Shown in pieces: positions 13,601 through 28,167 of a DNA stretch of 64,000 nucleotides (within the stretch, counting starts at the first letter, position 1; every line of letters starts with the position of its first letter). Where the stretch lies: positions 145,328,001-145,392,000 of the forward strand of contig OX597817.1 of the NCBI GenBank assembly GCA_951406725.2, in the 5' to 3' direction. Below the pieces are notes generated by a model. It saw only the letters and a program-made list of their open reading frames with translations. It was not told where the DNA came from and made no database searches. Source of the stretch: Octopus vulgaris. Its lineage: Eukaryota. The position numbers and the translations under genes were made by a program.

Positions 13601-16153
13601 AAGCACATTGAATGAGGTGCCATAGCAAGCAAGACAACAGTTACAAAAATTTGAAGATACAATACTGACACAAAATTGCACTCTATTGTTTTTTATGATT
13701 TTGGACAGGCCACATTATTCTATGTACTTCATCATCATTTAACATCCATTTTCCATGCTGACATGTGTTGGATGGTTTGACAGGAGCCAAGAAGCCAACA
13801 GACTGTACCAAGCCCCAGATGTCTGCTTTGGTATGGTTTCTACAGCTGGATGCTGTTCCTTATGCAAACCTCTTTGCAAAGTATAGTGGGTGTTTTTTTT
13901 ATGGCACCAGCACTAGCAAGATCACCACAAGACAAGACACCCCACTCAACTGAAGGTGCGATGGGTGTTTAGTTTTGAGGGAGGTAGCTTTCTACTAGGT
14001 GATGAGAGGTTAGAGTTCGTTAGAAAGACAGAAACAGGTGTCTTACAGTAGAATAGATACATGGCTACTCCAGTTGGTAAAACAAAGATGATGAAGGGGT
14101 GTCAGGGCATACCCTCTATACATATTTAGCTGCTAGGAACAGGTACCAGATCATACAGTAAAGTTACCTGTGAATGTTACCTATCCACAAGATTTATTTT
14201 CTTCATCCCTTGCATGCCATACAACTGAAGGCAAGCACTGTCTTACATTGTGGAAAAAATAAGAAAAGTTAGAAAGAAAACAAAATCTGAGGTACATGTT
14301 GTCATTATCGCTGCAGCAGTGTTGGAAATTGTACACTGGTTAAGCTTACAGTTGTAATTCTATCTATACTATGGCCCAGGTTGTGAGATTATCAATCAAA
14401 TCAACACTAGGGTAGTTGTTTAATCTACCCTGATTGAATATAGAGTAATCCCTCGCCATATTGCAGTTCACCTATCGTGCAATTAGTACATCATGGATTT
14501 TTCTGGCTAATATATGTAAATTTATATCGCAGACTCCTCAGTATATCTGGGTTTCTGTGGCTGATAGGTATTTATATTTTAATAGATTTTAATTATTTCT
14601 GTGGGAGGTTTTGGAACGTAACACCTGTGATAGTTAAAGGATTACTGTATAACACTAGGATTGTCCTTGAGTAGTTGTTCTAGTGTCAATGTTGGTATAC
14701 ACTCACTGTGGTGCAAGGAGGGTCAAGGGTCAAGATGTGAGAGAAGCCTAAGAAAAGAAAGGCATGTAGAGAGAAAGAGAGATTAGAAAAGGTAGAAGGA
14801 AAAGATGAGAGAGACAGAAGAGAGAGGAAGTATAGAGAGGGAAAGAGTCAGAAGAGAGGAAAAAGATAAAGAGGAGAAAATATAAGTAGAGAGAGGGGAG
14901 AGCAAGGGGAAGCAATCAAGAAACAAGAGATATTTTTTTTGCTCTAGGCACAAGGCCTGAAATTTTTGTGGGGTGGGGGGCAGTCGATTAGATCAACTCC
15001 AGTATACAACTAGTACTTAATCTATCAACCCTGAAAGGATGAAAGGCAAAGTTGACCTCAGTGGAATTTGAACTCAGAACATAACAACAGACGAAATACC
15101 ACTAAGCGTTTCGCCTCGCATGCTAACGTTTCTGCCAGCTCACTGCCTTAAGAAACAAGAGATATTAACAATCATCATCAAAATCTTCATCATTTTATCA
15201 TCCACTTCTCCATGTTCACATGGGAAGACAGAATTTATTGTGGCAGATTTTCTACAGACGGATGCCCTTCCTGTCACTAACCCTTACCTGCTTCCAACAA
15301 AGGTAATATTTGGCCCTGAACAGACAGGCTTCCATTGAAGATTGGAAACAAAGGATGTTGCTTGTCTGATATTGATGCTCATGTATAACTATTACGTGAC
15401 ACCAAGGCAAGAAGACACAATTATACACACCACACATACATATAGATACACATCATGGGTTTCTTTCAGTTTCCATCTACCAAATCCACTCACAAAGCTT
15501 TAGTTGGCACAAGACTATAATAGAAGACATTTGCCAAAGGTGCTTTGCAGTGGGACAGAACCCAAGACCATATGATTGGGAAGAAGCTTCTTAACCACAT
15601 AGCTACCCTGATGAGATTGATGCCTTTTACCACATTATTCTTCCTCTCAGATTTATTTTAATGCATCTATTGAAACATATGTAGGTAATATGGTGATATA
15701 AATGATTTAAACAACATCTTGAGTATTTGTCTGCATTTTCCATTATTCTTATGTTCTCCAAAACACGTCTCACTTCTCCCCAGAATTAACTCCCACGCAA
15801 GTGTGATTACTAATTCCTTAGGCACTTATGTGACATTTGGCTACCTTGTAATTGTTCCTCTGGATCTTTCCTTGTAAATTGAACATTTATATATATATAT
15901 ATATACACACACATATAATCACCATCACCATTTAACGTCAATTTTCCATACTGGCATGGGTTGGACAGTTTGACAGGAGTTGGTGAGGCCAGGGACTGCA
16001 CAAGGTTCCATTGTCTGTTCTGGCATGGCTTCTATGGTTGGAGATATATATATATATATATAATAATTATTATTATTATTTGAGGAAATATTATTCCTAA
16101 CTTACAGGGAAAAATTCAATTTAGAAATATTAAATCAAATTTCACAAAATATA

Positions 16154-16202
<49 letters not shown>

Positions 16203-19200
16203 TAGAAAAACCACCTTTTATCAATTCAAAACGAACAATTAAATTACACCATCCAGAAAATTACATATAATAGAAATATTAAAATTAAAATAACAATAAT
16301 ATACCGATGATTAAGTAAATTGCAAAATAATAATAAAAACGTATATATTTGGTTTTATTATTATTTTGCAATTTACTTAATCATCGGTATATTATTGTTA
16401 TTTTAATTTTAATATTTCTATTATATGTAATTTTCTGGATGGTGTAATTTAATTGTTCGTTTTGAATTGATAAAAGGTGGTTTTTCTAATTTATATATAT
16501 ATAAATACACAAACACAAACTTCTTTCAGTTTCCATCTCCCAAATCAACTTTGGTCAGCCCAAAGTTATAATAAAAGACATTTTCCCAAGGTTCCACAGA
16601 CTGGGACTGAACCTGAAACTATGCACCCAGTACAATCTACAGAGGGGTCGGTGTTAAAATGGCTTCCAGCAGTAGAAACTATGTTGAAATAGAATATACA
16701 AGACGTGGTCCTCTGGCCTATTTAGGAGTGCATTTATCATCATCATCATCGTTTAATGTCCATTTTCCATGTTGGTATGGGTTGGACAGTTTGACTGAGG
16801 TCTGGAGAGCCAGCGGCTGCACTAGGCTCCAAGACTGTGATAACCCATCCAACCATGCCACCACAGAAAGCAGACATAAAATGATGACAATTAATGATGA
16901 CAGTAATGGAACAATGAGAGAGAACCGTTCCACAGACAATTTGGCAAAGTCAAAAATTCTTACCAGTTGAGAAAGAATATATTTGATTGTAGAGGTCATT
17001 ACGTCTGTGGTGCCAGACAGGCATCTCTAACCGGACATCATGTAATAAATCCATATTGATTTCTGCAGTACACAACCCTATTCCTTTACTACATTCAGCA
17101 ATAATGGTTCCCCATGGATCAATTACCTGTTGAAAATATGGAGATGTACAAAAATATCACATGACAGTAAGTGCAGAGAATAGGCTTTGTGATAAAAAAA
17201 TGATGAAGTTATGGAATCCCGCCCTCCATACGCATGCACACATGCATATCATGACTCATACACTGTTCACTTTCCTGATATTTGTACATAATTCGATGTA
17301 CTGTACATGCACCTTTGATAAATTGTAGTGCACCTGAGCACTATACACAATAATTTCATTATTATGTAGTTTATGAAAGATAAAATGAGTAATATATATT
17401 TCTTTACTACCCACAAGGGGCTAAACTTAATTTATCGACCCCGAAAGGATGAAAGGCAAAGTCGACCTCGGCGGAATTTGAACTCAGAACGTAATGGCAG
17501 ACGAAATACGGATACGTCCGGTGTGCTAACATTTCTGCCAGCTCGCCGCCTGAGTAATATAGGTGGTATGAAGCAGAGAGATGACTGGAACAGGTGGGTT
17601 CAAACAGAAGTGGAATGCAGTTAACAAGTCAGTGATGCAGAATAGCGAAAACAGAAGTGGGGTGGGTGGGTGCATAATATAAGAAAGTTTTCTTTTCTTC
17701 TTTTTTTGTCCACTATTTCTTATTTCTTTACTACCCACAAGGGGCTAAACACAGAGGGGACAAACAAGGACAGACAAACGGATTAAGTCGATTATATCGA
17801 CCCCAGTGTGTAACTGGTACTTATTTAATCGACCCTGAAAGGATGAAAGGCAAAGTCGACCTCGAGGGAATTTGAACTCAGAACGTAGCAACAGACAAAA
17901 TACCGCTAAGCATTTCGCCCAGTGTGCTAATGATTCTGCCAGCTCACTACCTTTTTTGTCCACTATACCACTAAAGGTTGATGAAACAGTTAACTAGTTG
18001 GATTCCTTTTGAATATCTGACACCTTTCAATATATTAACAATAGGATACAATTAATCAAAGCTGTGCCATCCCGATTCTACCTGTACCAGTCTCACCAAA
18101 GACATTTTCTAGACAAAGCTAAGAAATAGTTTATTTTGAAAGAGTGGAACTCCAAGTTGATAAAGCTATAAATTATCATCAACGTCATCATCTGGTCTAA
18201 CTTGCTCAACCATTTTTAACCCATGCATGCTATCCATCTCATCATCATCATTGTTTAACATCTGAGGACTGGCGAACCAGATCGTTGCACCCGACTCCAA
18301 TCGGATCTGGCAGAGTTTCTACAGCTGGATGCCCTTCCTAATGCCAACCACTCCGAGAGTGTAGTGGGTGCTTTTATGTGACACTGGCACAAGGGCCAGT
18401 CAGGCGGTACTGGCAATGGCCATGCTCAAATGGTACTTTTTATGTGCTACCTGCAAAGGAGGTCTCTGGAGAGGCATCTAGTGTTTATAGTGAGTTGACC
18501 TACATAGGTTGTGTTCAGATAACCTGCTCAAGTATGGCCATGCTTGACATCCATAGCAGTAGATCACTTGCCAGCAATGTCCTGCAAAGTGCAAGTGCCT
18601 TCCCCTTATAATGATGGAAATAGGCAGAAGGTCTTCATACAAAAAGCTATAAGTAATAGCATGTAAATATAGGGCTACAAAAACTTTTACTCTTTTACTT
18701 GTTTCAGTCATTTGACTGCGGCCATGCTGGAGCACACCTTTAGTTGAGCAAATCGACCCCAGGACTTATTCTTTGTAAGTCTAGTACTTATTCTATCAGT
18801 CACTTTTGCCGAACCACTAAGTTACGAGGCCATAAACACACCAGCATCGGTTGTCAAGTATTGTTGGGGGGGACAAACACAGATAGACATATATATACAT
18901 ATATACGACGGGCTTCTTTCAGTTTCCGTCTACCAAATCCACTCACATTGCTTTGGTCAGTCCAAGGCTATAAGTAGAAGACACTTGCCCAAGGTGCCAC
19001 GCAATGGAACTGAACCCAGAACCATGTAGTTGATAAGCAAGCTACTTACCATACAGCCACAAAACGTTGAAGGCTGCCTGTAAATATAACAGATATTCTA
19101 GCATGGGCAGTTTTGATTTCTTTTTATCAAAAAAAGGATTTTTAACCCAATATTTAAACACTGTTATTTATAGATTTATCTACTTCAAATTCCACCATTA

Positions 19201-20104
19201 AAAATGAATTATTTCACATCTCTTGAAGTTTCTAAATTCTTATGATGTAAACAATGTGTGTGTGTGCATTGTAAATAAGTGAGTAGTATGATATAGAAAA
19301 AATAATCAGATCAAGGAATTACTGCAGTGTTTTAATGTTTCTTTATCCCTTTTAAAATAATATTGCCCAAGATATTTTCTGATCTGTGACAAAATGTCCT
19401 TAACAAATCAGCCATTTCACTAAGAGATGGTGCCACATAAAAAAAAACATCCATGCTGGTGCCACATAAAAAAGCACACATGCTGGTGATACATAAAAAG
19501 CACCCATGCTGGTGACACATAAAAAGCACCCATGCTGGTGCCACATAAAAAGCACCCATGCTGGTGCCACGTATAAAGCACCCATGCTGGGGTCACGTAT
19601 AAAACATCCAAGCTGGTGTCATGTAAAAAGCACCTGTATTGGTGGCACGTAAAAAGCATCCAATTTACTCTATAAAGTAGTTGATGTTAGGAGGGGCATC
19701 CAGTCATAGAACCCTTGCCAAAACAGACAGCTGGAACCTGGTGCGGCTTTCCATGTAGCCAGCTACTGTAAAACCACCAGCATGGAAAACACCTTAAATG
19801 ATGATGATGATGATACAAAATACAAAATGACGGTATATGACTGTAATTATAGAAATACTTTTTTTGCATCTTTTTCTCACCATTGCATGTCCATATGATG
19901 AGCGTTTCTTATTATGTCGGCCAACTTGTGCAGCTGCTATAACATAACACTGGCTTTCAATGGCACGGCTCCGAAGTAATGACTGGAAATATAAGCAAAC
20001 ATATTACAGAATACAGTATGTAGATATATATTCAGACACACACATACAGGATGCAGCAGAAAAATCTGCTGACTCTGGGAAAAGTTTTTTGCTCCATACT
20101 CTGA

Positions 20105-20138
<34 letters not shown>

Positions 20139-23100
20139 CAATAAAAAATAATTTAAAATACAAAATTTCTGAAAGTGGAAGGCAAGAACAAGAATAATGT
20201 ATTGTCTGCAATGTAATCCAAAGAAAAAATGCATTACAATTACAGTGTAAGTTTATTTACATCTGCTCTCTCCTAGCATATAACCACCTCCCTCAATAGT
20301 GCACCCCAGCTGTCAAGGGGTCTTAATCTTGCAAGCTGCAAAGTGACCTCACTAGTGCTGGTGCCACAAAATAAATGCATCAAGCACACTCTGTAAAGTG
20401 GTCGACATTATGAAGAGCAACTGTGAGGGTGGAAGAACCAGATGGCTAGAGGGTGGAGGAACCAGATGGCTTGAGGGTGGAGGAACCAGATGGCTAGAGG
20501 GTGGAGGAACCAGATGGCTAGAGGGTGGAGGAACCAGATGGCTAGAGGGTGGAGGAACCAGATGGCTTGAGGGTGGAGGAACCAGATGGCTTGAGGGTGG
20601 AGGAACCAGATGGCTAGAGGCTGGAGGAATCAGATGGCTAGATAATGAACAGCCATTGAAACCAAATGAAGCAAACACTGGAGCAAGATGCAGTCCTCAG
20701 ACCCACCAGATGTTGTCAAAACATACAAATCATGCCAACATGGAAGATGGGTGTTAAACGAGAGCATAAAATCTTAGGTAAGGAGAGTTAAATGCTGAAA
20801 AACAAAAACTCAGCCCTTCAGCAATATACAAAATTTAAGATCCAAGTAAATTGAGCCTGACATGTTCAGTTATTGATTCTCATTACAGTCACCTTGTTTC
20901 AGTTTTGGTTGTACTAAGATCAGATATATTTTTTCTTTTGTCTTTTGGCTGATACAACTTCATTGTTACAAATTACAATGAGTATCTCCAACAACAACAA
21001 CAACAACAAAAAAACTGAAGGACACCTGTTTTCCAGTGAATAACTCTATTCTTTGATATAATGTTGAATTATTTCAGTAGTTTTTGGGAGGAACTGAATA
21101 GAGCTGTGCAAGCCAAGAAATAGTTATTTATTAATGAGATTGCTGATGTGGTTGAGTTCACTTCACAACATTTATCCCTTTACAAGTGTCTTCTACTACA
21201 GGCACAGGTGAACCCAAGACTTATGAATGGAACTGAATAGACAGAATCAGTATGGAAGCCTACTGAGTAGAGTGCACTTGTCCTTGAGTAGCAGGTATAA
21301 GCTTTTGTCTTATTTAATATCACACCTTGGGGCTTGTATGTTTTTAGTGAAGTCCACTTTGTTGCAGGCATTCAGACAAGGTCCCTAGTCTGAGGAAAAC
21401 TCAATATTTTGATGAACAGTTTCCTATTTTAGTAACCACAAGATAGGGCTCTATGCTTCTTTTCTCCCACCAGTCCCCAAAGTCCTACAAAAGTCCTCTC
21501 ACTAAGCCACATTTTTAACTACTTTAATTTTACAGAACAAAGCAGTGAATTACAGCACCTTGGCAATGTTTTCTACCTTCTTTAACCCCTTTTGATACCA
21601 GTCCACCTACAAGCACACCTTTTTAAGTTATCTAAATAAAAATTAAAAAAACCATAAACGTCGTCCTTTACAAGCCTAGCCAGGCTCATGGGCCCAGTTT
21701 CTCGGTTTCTGTGGCATATGTGTTCCCCCCAGCTGAACGGGACACCAGTCCATCGCAGCATTACTCAAGAAACAGGAAGAGAGAGTGAGAGAAAGTTGTG
21801 GCGAAAGAGTACAGTAGGGGTCACCACCACCCCCTGCCGGAGCCTCATGGAGCTTTTTTAGGTGTTTTCGCTCAATAAACACACACAACGCCCGGTCTGG
21901 GAATTGAAACTGCAATCCTCTGACTGCAAGTCCCCTGCCCTAACCACCGGGCCATTGCACCTCCATCTAAATTAAAACCATCCTTAAAAAATTTATGTTC
22001 CAAACAACAGATTAATAATGACAAAGTTATTTTACTAAATTCTTCATTATTTTCAAAATGAATTGAAACAAAGGCTGTATATTCTAAGAGAAATAAGGTA
22101 AGAAAAGGGTTAATGATACTTACTTCCCAGTGAGCAATACCAGTTGGTTCCATGAAAGCAGAAGGATAAGTTAATAATTCTGCACCTTGTCTGGCCAAAA
22201 TCAAAGCTAATTCTGGGAAACGTAAATCATAACACTCAAAAGAATCAAGGAAAAATATGATTAGAATTTAGTTTAGTGTCTTGAGATTCATCATCATTCT
22301 TTAACCTTTTAGCATTTAAAATGGCCATATCCAGCCCAAATATTTATTCTACCAATTTTATGTTCAAGCTGGTCAAATCTGGCTTCTCATACACACCCTA
22401 CAAGGTCACTCTGAAAATAAACACACACACATTGAAATCTTTAAACTACAAGATAATGCATAATTACTTCAAAACATCATCATCATCATCATCGTTTAAC
22501 ATCAGCCTCCCATGCTAGCATGGGTTGGACAATTTGACTGAGGACTGGCGAACCAGATGGCCGCACCAGGCTCCAATCTAATCTGGCAGAGTTTCTACAG
22601 CTGGATGCCCTTCCTAATGCCAACCACTCTGAGAGTGTAGTGGGTGCTTTTTACATGCCACCAGCACGGGGCCAGTCAGGCGGTACTGGCAATGAACTCG
22701 CTCAAATCTCTTTACACATGCCACCGGCACAGGTGCCAGTAAGGTGACGTTGGTAATGATCGTGCTCGAATGGTGCCCTTTTATGTGCCACCGGCATGGA
22801 GTCACTTGGCTGCTCTGGCAATGATCACGCTCGGATGGTGCTCTTGGCACCCTACTAGCACAGGCACAAGTGCCAGTAAGGCAACGCTGGTAATGATCAC
22901 ACTCGAATGGTGCCTTTTTGGTGCTCAATGTGAATAAATAAGCATTACGTTTGATAAAGTAAGTCCACTTTCCATTTTGGCCTGGGTTGGACGGTTTGAC
23001 AGAATCAGGAGAGCAACAGGGCTGCATCAAGCTTTGATGTCAGTTTTGGAATGGTTTCTATGGCAGGTTCCTAATGCCAACCACTTTACAGTGGGTACTG

Positions 23101-25548
23101 TGTGTTTGCTCAAGCGCTGATACTTTCAACAGAATCAAGAAATCACAAATTTTATTATTTTTATTTTTATCTATGCCAGCAGTATCGCCCGGCGTTGCTC
23201 AGGTTTGTTTCGACCCTTTAAAATTGGAATTTTTGAAAAGTAAAAATTTTGCATTATGTAGCTTGTTATTCTCTTTAAGTGAACATTTTTCTGGTTGAAA
23301 TACACCGAAAAATGGCGACACAGCAGTTAAAAAATCGTAAAAAATAGGGATTTTCATAGAAAAAAAGCATCTTTTTGATGTAAATAATTTTTGGTGTTAA
23401 CATGATCCGATTTGAATTTTTTCTTCTACGGAAGGAGGAGCAAGCCTTCTTCTACGGAAGGAGGAGCAAGCCTTCTTCTATCATACTCTCAATTTTGGTC
23501 AACTTCGCCGCAGGGTCTCAGAGGAGATAATGTTAGTTGAAGGCTACCAGACCTGCCATACATAGACAACTTCAGCTTTATATATAGAGAGATTAGCATA
23601 GGTGAGGTGGGTTTGTACATGTATACATTTGAACACTGCTAGAATAACTGTATTTACTCCACCTACCACACTAACCACTCAGCACATAGCAACACTGCTT
23701 CTAAGGCGACAAGTATTTGTTATTATGTATTTACCTAGTGATTCATTACTACTTCGGCCAGTACAGTGAAAGCTATCACAAGGTTCTAATAAGGTTACAC
23801 TATATATATCCAGAGTTGTCTCCCATACTTGCTGAAAGAATCGAAACAACATTAGTTCTTGTATTTTCCCTTGCTAAATATAGTTTTTTTAGTTCGGCTT
23901 TTTAATGGAAGATTATAAATGATGCTATTTGTACGGCATTGACACATGTTGAAAACTATTGCACAGTGTATAGGCGTAAGAGTGGCTGTGCGGTAAGTAG
24001 CTTGCTTGCTTACCAACCACATGGTTCCAGGTTCAGTCCCACTGTGTGGCACTTTGGGCAAGTGTCGTCTTCTATGGCCTTGGAGAGACCAAAGCCTTGT
24101 GATTGGATTTGGTAGACGGAAACTGAAAGAAGCCCGTCGTATATATGTTTATATATGTATGTGTGTGCGTGTGTTTATATGTCTATGTTTGTCCCCCAAC
24201 ATTGTGTGTCTGTGTTTGTACCTACAACATCGCTTGACAACCAATGCTGGTGTGTTTACGTCCCCGTAACTTAACGGTTCGGCAAAAGAGACAGACAGAA
24301 TAAGTACTAGGATTACAAAGAATAAGTCCTGGGGTCGATTTGCTCGACTAAAGGCGGTGCTCCAGCATGGTCACAGTCAAATGACTGAAATGAGTAAAAG
24401 AGAGTGTCAAAACAAAATGACTAACACACACATCTACACGTATGATGGACCATTCTGTTTCTGCAAATCAAATCCACTCACAAAGTGTTGGTCAGCCCAA
24501 ACCTATTGTAGAAGTCACTGACACAAGGTGTTGCACAGTAGGACTAAACTAGAAGCCACTATGCATGCACAGGTACGTGCATGTGTGAAAGCATATGTGA
24601 ACACTGCTTGGATAGCAATATACGTTATGTCCTATACAAGTCACAAGAGATGCAGTTTGTCAGTTCAGTATACAATGACATGTGGAACAAAAGTACAGGG
24701 TGGAGCAAATATCACAAAGGGGTCTGAAATAATTTGTTTCTGAGTGTGTTTATATGAGTACACATATTGCCCAACATATATCACAGAACCTCTCAAAACT
24801 AGAGACCATTAATTATTACCCAAGTGTAATAAGATTATCCATGAAGTCAAATCAAGCATTATCAATATATGCAATCACCATGAACCAAAAAACATGTTCA
24901 ACCTAATGAGTGTGAAGGAACACTAGCATACAAAACATACATTCCCATCAGCAGCTGCCTGACAGATATCATTATACTTTCAACAGCAAAAGGATACAAT
25001 CCCTAAGCCAACTTTTCCAACAGGTGTCACTACAGGGGGTTTAATACATTTGCCAGGTGTTGTATAATCACTCTCATGTAAACGCAAGCCTTTGATGTCT
25101 GCATCAAACATATGGATTTTTTCATAGGTTGTAACAACATGGCCATCACTGTTGATAATAATATGTGTATTTTTCACAAATTGGTCCGTGTTCTGAAAGT
25201 AAACATGATAAATCTGATAATGTCAAGTTTGTCATCGTTTCTACAAAACAGCAAAAAGGAATATGAAGTAGAAAGGAACTGATTGTAATAAATGGCAAAC
25301 TCAAGTAAAAAGAAAACAACTGGCTGTGTGGTAAGTAGCTTGCTTACCAACCACATGGTTCCGGGTTCAGTTCCACTGCGTGGCACTTTGGGCAAGTGTC
25401 TTCTACTATAGCCTCGGGCCGACCAAAGCCTTGTGAGTGGATTTGGTAGATGAAAACTGAAAGAAGCCCATCGTGTATATATATATATATATATATATAT
25501 GCTAGCATGGAAAGCGGACGTTAAATGATGATGATGATGATGATGATG

Positions 25549-25592
<44 letters not shown>

Positions 25593-28136
25593 GTGTGTGT
25601 GTTTGTGTATATGTTTGTGCGTCTGTGTTTGTCCCCGCAACATTGCTTGACAACTGATGCTGGTATGTTTACATCCCCGTAACTTAATGGTTCAGCAAAA
25701 GACTGATAGAATAAGTACTAGGCTTACAAAGAATAAGTCTTAAGGTCGATTTGCTCCAGCATGGCCACAGTCAAATGACTGAAACAAGTAAAAGAGAGTA
25801 TGAAGAAAGCTTATCAAGTCATGCCAAAACCATGAACAGTTGTAGTCACTATGACTGACTGCAAATAATAATAATTATTATTACTGTTATCACATAGTCA
25901 GGGAGAACAAATGACCCTTTACTGGTTCTTTAAAACTAGTGGCCATGAAGAAGGTATCCTCAAACCAGAGACTTAGGCATAGTGCTTTCAATAGAGCAAA
26001 CTATTACCAGATAGGATTGGAGCCTGGTGCAGCCTTCAGTCAAACCGTCCAACCCATGCCAGCATGGCAAGCGGATGTTAAACAACGATGATGATGATGA
26101 AACTCTGCTCAAGACACCCAAAGACCAGGTGATGGTGGTAAACAGAGCACACAGGCCATAATGGGATTTGAACTCAGAACCAAGAGAGGTACCGCAAGGC
26201 ACCTACCTCAAGAATTCCACCATTCCACTACCCTAGACTGGTACTTCACTTACTGACTCCTAATCGGATGAAAGGCAAAGTTGACCTCTTCAGCATTTGA
26301 ACATAGAATGCAAGGAACCAGAATACAAATCATTCCATCCAATGTCCTAACCGTTCTGAGTGACTTAGTTCCAACTTAGAATCCATCCATGCAATGCCTA
26401 CCTGCATGCATACATACCATAATGCATATTTTCATTTGCACATGCATGTATGCTTGTGTACATGGAGTATGTTTTCATTCATACATACATGCATACATAA
26501 TGTATGCATATATGTATTCATTCATTCTGTCTCTCTCTCTTTCACTCTCAGGAAATTAACAAAATCTAAAACCCAATGACAGATTGATTACTTTAATGAA
26601 GCCGTTTACTCTTTTACTTGTTTCAGTCATTTGACTGTGGCCATGCTGGAGCATCACCTCTAGTCGAGCAAATCAACCTCAGGACTTATTCTTTGTAAGC
26701 CTAGTACGTACCTATTGGTCTTTCGCCAAACTACTAAGTTACAGGGACATAAACACACCAGCATTGGTTGTCAAGCGATGTTGGGGGGTGGGACAAACAC
26801 AGACACACAAACATACACACACACACATATACAGTCATACATATATACCACGGGCTTCTATCAGTTTCCCTCTACCAAATCCACTGACAAGGCTTTGGTC
26901 GGCCAGAGGCTATAGTAGAAGACACTTGCCCAGAGTGCCATGCAGTGGGACTGAACTCGGAACCATGTGGTTCGTAAGCAAGCTACTTACCACACAGCCA
27001 CTCATGCAAAATTCTATTTAAATATCTAGTGATACCAGTACAGTAGGAACAAGATTACTGATGTCATGGTTTTAATTTCAAATCTCATGACAGTTTATCA
27101 CATTTCAAACACCTAGCTGATCAGTTAATGTTCTGGCTTATTTACCTAAAGAATTGACAGTTTCTATCCTATTATAAGTGGAGGTGTGTGGCTTAGTGGT
27201 TAGGGTGATAGTACCATGATCATAAGATTGAGGTTTCAATTCCTGGACCAGGCGACGCATTATGTTCTTGAGCAAAACACTTCATTTCACGTTGCTCCAG
27301 TCCACTCAGCTGGCAAAAATGAGTAACGCTGCGATGGACTGGCATCCCGTCCAGCTGGGGAACACATATGCCATAGAAACCAGGAAACTGGGCCCATGAG
27401 CCTGGCTAGGCTTTAAAAGGGTGCATTTATTATTTATTTATCCTATTATAAAGGCACCTTTATAAAGACACATTAGCTAATTTAGTCAAAGAGCATTCTA
27501 TGATACTGAAAACTAACAGCAGGTATGAACATTTTAACAAAAGTATAATTTTAATTTAAAAAAAGGAAACAGAAATAATGAGCAAATACATACGTACTTT
27601 TTGATGAAATCCACCCAATGACAACCATATTTTTAGTTCTTTAGCAACACCCTTGTATTTAGATACTAAATGACCATCAAGACTCTCAGATTGTTCCAAA
27701 GACTGCTTTATGGATTCTCCAATATAATCAAAACATTCTGGTAAAAATACCATCTGAAATATCAAGAAATATTAAATCAATCAATTAAAACTTATGTGGG
27801 TTAACGAGTTAGAAGGCTTCAGCAGGCTAAATATTTTGTCTCTCATCAGTTATTCTGAAAGTTCAGTACTTTAAAGTTCATACCTAGTTGTTAATCTACA
27901 TACCATCATCATTCCATGTGCACTTTTCCATGCTTGCATGGATTGGAAGGAATCTGAGACAGGTACTCTTCCAGTTGCCAACACTCACCTGTTTCCAAGC
28001 AGGGAAATATTTTCCCAAGGCCAGACATGTTCTCATGGTGTATTGGAAATGAATGACACTGCTTGTATGACAGTGATACTCATTTACAATTACCACAAGA
28101 CAAGGAAAAACACACACACACACGCAAATACATACA

Positions 28137-28167
<31 letters not shown>

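Larger units (their letters stand above)
22235..24997 (-). other. U12-type (minor spliceosome) GT-AG intron in the Nit domain
   Basis: 5' site GTATCCTTT; branch box TTCCTTGAT with the A about 10 nt from a GAG acceptor. Confidence 0.88.

Noticed and set aside
19332-19659. Regularly spaced repeats and ORFs
   Set aside because: Internal tandem array of a dispersed repeat family; no spacers and no cas genes.
20352-20757. Repeat-protein ORFs or CRISPR-like array
   Set aside because: The 24-bp units are contiguous with no unique spacers; intronic, inside a SINE-like element, eukaryotic context.
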